Shown here: positions 17,519 through 24,832 of the stretch, piece after piece
Position numbering within the stretch: position 1 is the first letter of the stretch
How the letters are laid out: each line of letters starts with the position of its first letter
IMG/VR virus record: IMGVR_UViG_3300043172_000501
Location: 32,657-96,656 of that record
DNA: 64,000 nucleotides
Origin: a virus
Reading direction: 5' to 3' (one strand)
Notes under the pieces: generated by a model
What the model saw: only the letters and a program-made list of their open reading frames with translations
What the model was told of the DNA's origin: nothing
Database searches by the model: none
Made by a program: the position numbers and the translations under genes

Positions 17519-18426
17519 AATACATTACACTCATCCTAATCATTTTAACTCTTGGCTGCTCTGGAGAGATGAGCCGAAGATATGTAGAGGTATCATATGG
17601 AACAGAACAGAGCGGAGACACAGGCACGAGCACTGGAGAAAATGAGATTAGAAGAGAGTGCGAAATCAATGGGCAGTGCGATACAAGAGGGCTTAGTTCC
17701 GATGGAGGACATAGTGGCCTGGATACTTCTACAGACACAGTCGCTGGTTCCAGTGACACAGGAACATCGTCAGAAATTGACAGCGGAACTTCAGGAATGG
17801 ATAATGGCGGAAGCGACTCAGGCTGTTATGACGAAACTGGAGAACTTCCATGTGGATATGATGACACCGGAGAAGATACCAGTATCATGGACAGTGAAAC
17901 CGGAACAGAATCCGACACCGAAGCCGATACTGATTGGCAACATACCGACACAGCAACCGAACATGTCGACACCGAAGCCAATGACACGGACACAAACCAT
18001 GACACCGAGAATGATACGGAAAGCGAAACAGAAACAGGAAGCGAAGTCGCCGATGGAACTGACAGTGGATGGGGAACTGATTGGGACAGTGACACTTCCA
18101 TGGGAGAAGACACAGAAGTAATAACTTTACTATGGGATGCTGATGCTCATCTTCTTGTCACATGGACAGAAGGCTTAAACGCTTGCGCTCTCGTTGGCTG
18201 GCGATTACCCACTATTGAAGAGGCTCAATCTATTCTGATGTCACCAACAGGTAATGGTTGCTGGTGGGATGAATCAATCTTTGGAGATTTGTGTTATGAA
18301 ATCTGGACACGAAATCCTGCAATCCCTCCACCTTATAATCAGCAGACAGTAAACTTTGTCTCAGGTGAGAGTCGATACCATCCATACACAAAACAAAAAT
18401 ACGCACTCTGTGTGCTTTCAGTCTGA
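17515..18426 (+). CDS. Lipoprotein with D/T/S/E/G-rich linker and C-terminal DUF1566 (Lcl C-terminal)-like domain
   Basis: GGAGG RBS; signal peptide and lipobox MKYITLILIILTLGC; TWTEGLNAC...GWRLPTIEE...IWT...ALCV. Confidence 0.8.
   Translation: MKYITLILIILTLGCSGEMSRRYVEVSYGTEQSGDTGTSTGENEIRRECEINGQCDTRGLSSDGGHSGLDTSTDTVAGSSDTGTSSEIDSGTSGMDNGGSDSGCYDETGELPCGYDDTGEDTSIMDSETGTESDTEADTDWQHTDTATEHVDTEANDTDTNHDTENDTESETETGSEVADGTDSGWGTDWDSDTSMGEDTEVITLLWDADAHLLVTWTEGLNACALVGWRLPTIEEAQSILMSPTGNGCWWDESIFGDLCYEIWTRNPAIPPPYNQQTVNFVSGESRYHPYTKQKYALCVLSV
17597..18121 (+). CDS. Nested +1-frame gene, paralogue of 18663-19208
   Basis: AGAGGT RBS; 17/38 ungapped identities to the N-terminus of the 18663 protein. 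Confidence 0.65.
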   Translation: MEQNRAETQARALEKMRLEESAKSMGSAIQEGLVPMEDIVAWILLQTQSLVPVTQEHRQKLTAELQEWIMAEATQAVMTKLENFHVDMMTPEKIPVSWTVKPEQNPTPKPILIGNIPTQQPNMSTPKPMTRTQTMTPRMIRKAKQKQEAKSPMELTVDGELIGTVTLPWEKTQK

Positions 18427-18438
18427 GGAATAATCAAA

Positions 18439-18657
18439 ATGAAACGACAAGATATTTTAAAGAATATATGTTTCTGGGATATGCGAAACCCCGAATGTGC
18501 ACAATTACACGGTTCTCAATTGCCCGATTCTAAATCTGAAGAAGAAGGTTGTCAATGTGGAAATTGTGCCGATGGCAAGACTAAACTCGCCCTCGCAATG
18601 CTAGATATGTCAGAAATGGTCTGCCGCACAAACTGTTTACTAAGAATGAGAGAATAG
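18439..18657 (+). CDS. Hypothetical Cys-rich protein
   Basis: LKNICFWDMRNP...CQCGNCADGK. Confidence 0.65.
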   Translation: MKRQDILKNICFWDMRNPECAQLHGSQLPDSKSEEEGCQCGNCADGKTKLALAMLDMSEMVCRTNCLLRMRE

Positions 18658-18662
18658 ATACA

Positions 18663-19208
18663 ATGAGCGATACGCCAAACAAATGGGGACAACAATCAAA
18701 AGAGATTGAACGTCTAAAATTAGAAGAGAGTTCTAAGTCCGTGGCTGGAGCTATCACACAAGGGCTCGTCACATTAGAAGAGGTCGTGGCTCGTGTAGCA
18801 GAACTAGTATTAAAACCGATAGCTCATGAGGAAACATTATCAATAATTACTAGAAGACTGACAGCGTGGACAGTGGAGCAGGCTACTCATAAATTATTAG
18901 AATCAGAAGTCTGGCCCCCACCAACCGATAGAGAAACTGATTACGCAGCGCATGTCGAAGAGTTAGGTAACAGTGTGAGATCTAGCCTTGGTATAGATCC
19001 ATCTTTATTAGGGCAATCATCAAACAGAGAAGAGTTTGAACCAGGAGAGCTAGTGTATTACCATCCGATAGCTGGTGAAAAAGAATATAAGAAACGCCCA
19101 GGAGTCATAATTAACTCAAGAGGTTCAGATATGTCTTATCGAGTAAGATTTAGAAATGAAAAAGAAAAAATAACCAATGACCTATTTTTGTCAAAGAGGT
19201 CATCATGA
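18663..19208 (+). CDS. Hypothetical protein: helical N-domain plus SH3/Tudor-like C-domain
   Basis: FEPGELVYY...GVII...YRVRF...LSKR. Confidence 0.7.
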   Translation: MSDTPNKWGQQSKEIERLKLEESSKSVAGAITQGLVTLEEVVARVAELVLKPIAHEETLSIITRRLTAWTVEQATHKLLESEVWPPPTDRETDYAAHVEELGNSVRSSLGIDPSLLGQSSNREEFEPGELVYYHPIAGEKEYKKRPGVIINSRGSDMSYRVRFRNEKEKITNDLFLSKRSS

Positions 19209-19867
19209 CAAGAGCAAAAGAACAAGCTAAGATGATTCAACAGATAGAGCGAGAAGCCAGGCGAGAGGTAGAATACAAGAAAGGAGATCCTGTTCTCTAT
19301 ATGCCTGAACACGCAAGAGCTATGTACCTTGATGAAGATTGCAAGAAAGGGATTGTGTCTAGTGTTAATAAGAAGTGGGTATTCGTAAAATATGATTGTG
19401 CAGATTGCACGATGGTAACAGGCGACGAACCCTATACTGCACAGGCGACTGACAGAGCCGACTTAAGACTGATTAGAGATAAGACCTTAGCAGAACGATT
19501 AAAAGACCAACAGACTACCATATTGAAGCAGACAGTGGACATGATGGAAGAAGGCATGTTCCTTGACGGGGAAGTGGTTTACTACAGAATAGAAAAAAGC
19601 TTTAGCAACAAACCATCTAACACCAACATGAGGGGTGTCATCAACGGCAGTGGGCAAGGCGACTACTATCAAGTGCTGATGGATAGAGATAACAAGAACA
19701 GAACAGTCCATAAGAGTTATCTTAGCAGAAAGAATGAGACACCAGAAGAGATTGAAGCACAGAAGAGACGGAACAGTGAAGCGCTACACGTCAGAATGCG
19801 ACAACGGGTGATAGATCATCCGTATTCAAAATTCATAAAGAAGAGAGAAAGTAAACCAATGTTTTAA
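19205..19867 (+). CDS. Hypothetical protein with two SH3/Tudor-like modules
   Basis: YKKGDPVLY...GIVSS and FLDGEVVYY...GVIN...YQVLM...LSRK. Confidence 0.7.
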   Translation: MTRAKEQAKMIQQIEREARREVEYKKGDPVLYMPEHARAMYLDEDCKKGIVSSVNKKWVFVKYDCADCTMVTGDEPYTAQATDRADLRLIRDKTLAERLKDQQTTILKQTVDMMEEGMFLDGEVVYYRIEKSFSNKPSNTNMRGVINGSGQGDYYQVLMDRDNKNRTVHKSYLSRKNETPEEIEAQKRRNSEALHVRMRQRVIDHPYSKFIKKRESKPMF

Positions 19868-19880
19868 GAAAGGAAATGAT

Positions 19881-20390
19881 ATGAACAAGACAGCACCAAA
19901 CCTAGACGGCGTAACACCATCAGCAATTATTGCAGGCCAAGCTATTCAACAAATGTTAGCTGACAGCTCAGGCGGATGTACACCAGGTGAGATATTAAAG
20001 ATGGCTGACACACCAGAACAAGAAATCAGATTAGGCTTTTTGGTTAGTGATGAGAACAAACCAGAAGGTTGGAAAAGAAAATTGTGCTTGCCTGATGGGG
20101 CACTCTTTGAAGATAAGAAAGGCAGGCGAGTTATTGTGTCCGTTATGACATACAGTGATTGTCGACTATGGATACATGCGAGCATCAGCCATACCAAATC
20201 CAATAAACTACCACACTACAACGAGATAGCGATGCTGAAGAAGTATTGGATAGGAGAAGATTACAAGGCTATCATGGTATTTCCTGAAAAGAAGTATCAT
20301 GTCAATATCAATCAGAATGTCTTACATTTATTCTCATGCCTTATGGAGAATCCACTACCAGAATTTTCCATGGGAACAGGTAGTATTTAA
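19881..20390 (+). CDS. Conserved phage protein (HxSxS...P...HVNIN.NVLHL family)
   Basis: WIHASISH, LPHYNEIAMLK, HVNINQNVLHLF. Confidence 0.7.
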   Translation: MNKTAPNLDGVTPSAIIAGQAIQQMLADSSGGCTPGEILKMADTPEQEIRLGFLVSDENKPEGWKRKLCLPDGALFEDKKGRRVIVSVMTYSDCRLWIHASISHTKSNKLPHYNEIAMLKKYWIGEDYKAIMVFPEKKYHVNINQNVLHLFSCLMENPLPEFSMGTGSI

Positions 20391-20403
20391 TTTTAAAAAG
20401 AAC

Positions 20404-20432
20404 TTGATTAGTAAAGTGGTACCATGTATAGT
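20404..20432 (+). promoter_or_regulatory. Sigma70-like promoter
   Basis: TTGATT-17nt-TATAGT. Confidence 0.6.
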
Positions 20433-20444
20433 AAAGCCTGCTTT

Positions 20445-20507
20445 CCTAACCGTCGCTTATGGTACTGAACCCCCCACCGATAATAAGCGATGGTTAGGTT
20501 TTTTTTT
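20445..20507 (+). terminator. 16-bp stem terminator with C-rich loop (possible sRNA/attenuator)
   Basis: CCTAACCGTCGCTTAT / ATAAGCGATGGTTAGG followed by T9. Confidence 0.8.
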
Positions 20508-20529
20508 GAATAACAAAAGGACACACGCA

Positions 20530-21129
20530 ATGAGCAGTAGAAAACACAAATCAACAAGAGACAAACGACGAGCCAAGAGTATCGCTAAGACAACAGCAGA
20601 GCGAAAGAACATGGCTAATCTATCACTAGACCAACGCCGAATAATGGAGGTGAGAAATCAGAAGAGATCTTTAGCCAAGGAGATATTTGAGATAATCCAG
20701 GCGAGAGTCTTGAAGAAAGTATCAGCAGAACTTTACAGTGGATTAGTCGAATACGGGATGCTTGTGCCAGTAAGCCAAGATGCTGCAGAAACAATTAAGT
20801 CCATGGTAATGAAAACTATGAAACCATTGAACGACATCCCCGTGAAAGAACAGACGCCAACAATAATTAGTGAAGCAAGCTCTATACTACAAGAACTCCA
20901 CACAGGTTTTATCGATGCTGGCTTATTGAAATTTGAACCGCCGAACCTTATGCAGAGAGCACCTGACGCAAGAAAATATATGAATGGAGACATTGAAGCT
21001 GTGGACAAAGTGAACGATATGGACCACACTCTAATCACTCAATATGTTAAAGAACAGATGAAACGAATGAAGAAGTCGGTACCAGGAATGCAAAAACTCT
21101 TAGTAGAACTGAAAGAAGAAGCTGCATGA
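20530..21129 (+). CDS. Hypothetical protein
   Basis: Start reset to MSSRKH, after the terminator and AAAAGG. Confidence 0.65.
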   Translation: MSSRKHKSTRDKRRAKSIAKTTAERKNMANLSLDQRRIMEVRNQKRSLAKEIFEIIQARVLKKVSAELYSGLVEYGMLVPVSQDAAETIKSMVMKTMKPLNDIPVKEQTPTIISEASSILQELHTGFIDAGLLKFEPPNLMQRAPDARKYMNGDIEAVDKVNDMDHTLITQYVKEQMKRMKKSVPGMQKLLVELKEEAA

Positions 21130-21407
21130 AAAAGATGAAATGGAAAAGAGTTATTGTCCCCTTTGATTTCAACAGCGATTACGTAACAAAAGATGGCGAC
21201 TCTACTTTTCAGATATTACGGAACAGAAAGACTAGTCGAGTCCAACTATTCATATGGCGAGAGCACAGGGAAGAAGTATCGGAGAAACATAATTACTTGC
21301 CATCAGTGAAGTTCGCTAAAGCCTTTGCTGAGACTAGGCGAGAGAAATTAGAAAAAGTATCATGGCGAGGTAACGCCAGATTAGTCGACAACGAAAACAT
21401 ATGGTAA
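21126..21407 (+). CDS. Hypothetical protein
   Basis: ATGA coupling. Confidence 0.55.
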   Translation: MKKMKWKRVIVPFDFNSDYVTKDGDSTFQILRNRKTSRVQLFIWREHREEVSEKHNYLPSVKFAKAFAETRREKLEKVSWRGNARLVDNENIW

Positions 21408-21417
21408 GGAGAAACCA

Positions 21418-21690
21418 ATGAAAAAAGAAATCAAATTAGGGTTCAAAGTAAAAGATGAGATTACAGGATTCGAAGGGATTGTAATCGGAATAACTGACTG
21501 GATGTACAGTTGTAAAAGAATAGGAGTACGTGCCACTCTTTTAGTAGAAGGCAAACCTATAGAGGACCAGTGGTTTGATGTACAACAGATGATAATAACA
21601 GAAGAGACTAAGCCATTGATAAGTGAAGATAGTGACGCGACAAAACCAGGCGGAAATAAAAACGGGCCAGGGAGATTAAATCATGGATAA
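21418..21690 (+). CDS. Conserved small phage protein, SH3-like
   Basis: LGFKVKDEITGFEGIVIG...WFD...PGG. Confidence 0.7.
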   Translation: MKKEIKLGFKVKDEITGFEGIVIGITDWMYSCKRIGVRATLLVEGKPIEDQWFDVQQMIITEETKPLISEDSDATKPGGNKNGPGRLNHG

Positions 21691-22051
21691 ACAAAAACAA
21701 AAGCCCATACGAGTGATGGGTATCTATCCAGAAATGAAATTAGTACCAAAGAAGAAAGATAGTAATCTAATTGCTGTTGATGTTCAGATGGAAGGCAGAT
21801 GTCTTATCACGAGTCCAGAAATCGAAGGACTAGGCGAAACTCCTGCAGAACAGTACTGTGAAGCAATGAATACTATCGCCCTTGCACTGGTTAACTTATC
21901 CGTGTTCAGCGGTAAGACTCTACTCAACACTGCTGCCGAATTAACATCAAGACTGAGTCATATTGATACTTACGCCCAACAAGCTGAGACAGCACCAGAA
22001 CCAGAAAATAAACCAACAGGACCAAGATTAGTTGCAGATGATAAAAGTTAA
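21683..22051 (+). CDS. Hypothetical protein
   Basis: GGAG RBS. Confidence 0.6.
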   Translation: MDKQKQKPIRVMGIYPEMKLVPKKKDSNLIAVDVQMEGRCLITSPEIEGLGETPAEQYCEAMNTIALALVNLSVFSGKTLLNTAAELTSRLSHIDTYAQQAETAPEPENKPTGPRLVADDKS

Positions 22052-22340
22052 ACTGATAGAGCGTGAGAGCAACTACAGCAACAATACATATTTCATACTG
22101 ATAGTACCATGTTTCATCTGTGGAGCTGACGCTGAAGGACGAGTGGCAGCATCAAAGAGTGTTGAAGAGTTTAGTAAGAACGCTGCTTTAAAATGGAAAG
22201 ACCAGATCGAGAAAGGGCAAGCAACATTGAAATGCCCAGAGTGTCATAGGCAACAGCTCAAAGATAATGAAACTAACGCCGACAGACGACGAGCAGAAGT
22301 CCTATCTCAAAACAAAATAGTGACAAACCGTACCGGATGA
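22038..22340 (+). CDS. Hypothetical Zn-binding protein
   Basis: CFIC...CPEC. Confidence 0.55.
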   Translation: MIKVKLIERESNYSNNTYFILIVPCFICGADAEGRVAASKSVEEFSKNAALKWKDQIEKGQATLKCPECHRQQLKDNETNADRRRAEVLSQNKIVTNRTG

Positions 22341-22383
22341 GTATAATAAATCTTTAAGACTTCAATGCGTGTAGTCTTTTGTG

Positions 22384-22428
22384 CCTGATTCTTTAGTGTT
22401 TCCCCATGCTAAAGAATCAGGTTTTTTT
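22384..22428 (+). terminator. 16-bp stem terminator with UUCCCC loop (possible sRNA/attenuator)
   Basis: CCTGATTCTTTAGTGT / ATGCTAAAGAATCAGG followed by T7; TATAAT at 22342-22347 upstream. Confidence 0.8.
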
Positions 22429-22439
22429 CGGAGAATATT

Positions 22440-22760
22440 ATGGCTAAGTTCCACAAATATAAACATTCTGAAACCCAACGAGGATATCTATTCCATTGCC
22501 CAGGCTGTAAAGATAGTTTCGGACACTTTGTATTAACAACAGGCAAAGGTCCTATCTGGGAAGTATCTAAAGTAGTAGACGACAAACCGACCGTTATGCC
22601 CAGTATAAGAGTGCGAAGCAGAAACGCTGAAGGTGAAACAATATGCCATTCATTTATAAAAGATGGTAAGATTCAATTCTTAAATGATTGCACACATGAG
22701 CTTGCAGGGCAGACAGTAGAACTGCCTGACTTCAAAGGTAACGATGGCGAAGTTTCATAA
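22440..22760 (+). CDS. DUF6527-like Cys/His protein (copy 1)
   Basis: FHCPGC...PTVMPSI...CHSFIKDGKIQFLNDCTHELAGQTVELP. Confidence 0.8.
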   Translation: MAKFHKYKHSETQRGYLFHCPGCKDSFGHFVLTTGKGPIWEVSKVVDDKPTVMPSIRVRSRNAEGETICHSFIKDGKIQFLNDCTHELAGQTVELPDFKGNDGEVS

Positions 22761-23046
22761 GTATACAGACATCTACAAAGACGAACACCATATGTTTCAT
22801 TGCCCAGGCTGTCAGAGCGCTCATTCAATCAGAACAAGTGGAACAGTACACCCACTGTGGAAAGTAACCGGCACTAAAGAAGACAAACCGACTGTTACGC
22901 CATCTATACATTGTAAATCAGAATCGAGAAAAGGAACCCAGTATATCTGTCATTCATTTGTAAGAGAAGGTAAGATCCAGTTTCTGAATGATTGTACACA
23001 TGAACTCGCAGGGCAGACAGTAGAACTGCCTGACTTTGATGAATAA
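22744..23046 (+). CDS. DUF6527-like Cys/His protein (copy 2)
   Basis: Tandem paralogue with the same start MAKFHKY and the same C-terminus. Confidence 0.8.
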   Translation: MAKFHKYTDIYKDEHHMFHCPGCQSAHSIRTSGTVHPLWKVTGTKEDKPTVTPSIHCKSESRKGTQYICHSFVREGKIQFLNDCTHELAGQTVELPDFDE

Positions 23047-23088
23047 CAAATGGCCTAATAATAGGCCCAACAACATAAGGAGAGAAGT

Positions 23089-23436
23089 ATGAAATTTCTA
23101 ACAATTCTTTTGTTAGTATTAGTCTCTTTCTTGCTATTATCATTAACGGTAGTAGCACATGAAAGTGACAGCGCTAATGAAGGGAAAATTTCACAGGTGA
23201 GTCCAGATATTAACAGTATCCAGACTGCCGAACAGTACAAACAGATTGTTGTACAGATTGCACCCGCAGCTGATGTCCCGCATAATCGTTTTATTATATG
23301 TGAGCAGGGCCAGCAAGCCGATAACCTTGATTTAAGACCATTAGGCAAACATGAATCACACTATACGGAACCGGTTGACTGGTCTGTGCTTCCGTGGAAA
23401 GGTTTAAGAGGAATTAGTTCGACTTACCACATTTGA
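23089..23436 (+). CDS. Putative secreted protein
   Basis: AAGGAG RBS; signal peptide MKFLTILLLVLVSFLLLSLTVVA. Confidence 0.6.
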   Translation: MKFLTILLLVLVSFLLLSLTVVAHESDSANEGKISQVSPDINSIQTAEQYKQIVVQIAPAADVPHNRFIICEQGQQADNLDLRPLGKHESHYTEPVDWSVLPWKGLRGISSTYHI

Positions 23437-23549
23437 CTTGTGCAACAACTCAAGGCGAGAGTAGCAGAATCTTAGTTCCATACTAACCACTAGTATCAAG
23501 ACAAAACAAACTACCTGAAATAATTATCGTAAATAGATTAACTGATAAG

Positions 23550-23623
23550 TTGACAAGCGTACACTTTTACCTGTATCTTAATTCCCGAACTTGATCTATA
23601 AACCTGTACATGTTAAAGTGTAC
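23550..23623 (+). promoter_or_regulatory. Candidate promoter with inverted repeat
   Basis: TTGACA-18nt-TATCTT; GTACACTTT (23559) / AAAGTGTAC (23615). Confidence 0.45.
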
Positions 23624-23644
23624 TTATAACTTGAAGGAACCAAC

Positions 23645-24112
23645 ATGGGGAATGCAGTGTTAGGAATAGACCCAGGGGCAACATCAGGATGGGCAATCGT
23701 AAGTATATCAGCCAATCCTAAATTGCTCCGACATGGAATATTTAAGTTTAAAGATGACGCAAGTACAGTCAGGGAATTAACACTGGCACTCGATGGCCTA
23801 GAAGATACGGTTATCAAAACGTTCATTGAAAACCAGTTCGTCTCTAAGAACATTCAGTCCACAATGAAGATTTGTAAGAAAGCTGGACGATGGGAAGAAG
23901 CTTCTATCTACCACGGGATTGATGTTGAGTATATTTACCCCGCTACCTGGCAGAGTAAAGAACTGAATGGACACAAAAGAGCGACACTGAAGAAAGCGAG
24001 TATAGCGAAGTGCAAAGGGATATGGAACGTAAACCTCAAGGAAGATACAGCCGACGCCTCATTGATAGGTCGATATGCTGCCTTGCGCCAGTTCTTTATA
24101 CCCGGGCAATAG
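23645..24112 (+). CDS. RuvC-like Holliday junction resolvase
   Basis: VLGIDPGATSGW, FIENQF, YPATWQ, EDTADASLIG. Confidence 0.85.
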   Translation: MGNAVLGIDPGATSGWAIVSISANPKLLRHGIFKFKDDASTVRELTLALDGLEDTVIKTFIENQFVSKNIQSTMKICKKAGRWEEASIYHGIDVEYIYPATWQSKELNGHKRATLKKASIAKCKGIWNVNLKEDTADASLIGRYAALRQFFIPGQ

Positions 24113-24113
24113 T

Positions 24114-24569
24114 ATGGGCAGAGGGGTTCAATACTTTGGTCTTACACTTCAGAAAATTTGTAGGTTAGCATTATGTCAAAAGAGCGAAACAGATCACAGC
24201 GAAAGAATAATAGAACGAGACGATGTGATCGATGTGTTAGAAATAGAAGAGGCACAAGCCAGCAGATTTATAAGAGAGATGACACGCCGAGGTCTGATGG
24301 TATGTATCTACAAACCAAAACGCAGAGAAGGTCAAGGTCAGAAAAGCAAATACAAATTAACCAGGAAGTGGCAACGAATTGCCTACATCCTAGACAAAAA
24401 CGGAATTTTACCCGGCACATGCCAAGCAGAATGTTGCGAAGAAAGAGCCGAACCAGTAAGATTCAGATTAAAATTCTTTTGCAAATACCATCTAATGAAT
24501 ATCGGATGCGCTTTTTGCCCGAGAGAACGAACAGACAAATGCGCCAGATGCGCTGAGAGGAAGAATTAG
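24114..24569 (+). CDS. Winged-HTH plus Cys-rich C-terminus, putative regulator
   Basis: DVIDVLEIEEAQASRFIREMTRRGL; CxxxxC/CxxH/CxxC/CxxC tail. Confidence 0.5.
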   Translation: MGRGVQYFGLTLQKICRLALCQKSETDHSERIIERDDVIDVLEIEEAQASRFIREMTRRGLMVCIYKPKRREGQGQKSKYKLTRKWQRIAYILDKNGILPGTCQAECCEERAEPVRFRLKFFCKYHLMNIGCAFCPRERTDKCARCAERKN

Positions 24570-24579
24570 GAGGGACAAA

Positions 24580-24822
24580 ATGAAAGTAGATTGCCCAATT
24601 TGTAACAGTGAGATGACCGTAAGAGATACCAGCGATTCGCTGAATAAAACAGTCTATCTAACAGCCAAATGTAATTGTTCAAAAACAATTGAAGCGGTAG
24701 GCAGAACTGCGCCAGAAGCTCTAAGTGATCTTATGAGACAAGCTCAGACGTCTAACTCCAGTCCTCTTAAAATGACCTATACGGGGCGTATTCAAAACGC
24801 CCACTACTCTTACCCGGGATAA
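24580..24822 (+). CDS. Zn-ribbon protein
   Basis: CPIC...CNC; GGAGG RBS. Confidence 0.6.
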   Translation: MKVDCPICNSEMTVRDTSDSLNKTVYLTAKCNCSKTIEAVGRTAPEALSDLMRQAQTSNSSPLKMTYTGRIQNAHYSYPG

Positions 24823-24832
24823 AAAGAAAACG

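Noticed and set aside
17515-18426. Diversity-generating retroelement
   Set aside because: The target-like domain is present, but I see no reverse transcriptase or template repeat in the window
20299-20529. N-terminal 77 codons of the 276-aa track ORF
   Set aside because: They run through the previous gene, a promoter and a terminator; the likely start is ATG 20530
24173-24556. Other nested plus-strand ORFs (also 4348, 4588, 9838, 28210, 35604, 39882, 59383)
   Set aside because: Unlike 17597-18121, I found no paralogue or recognisable motif to support them
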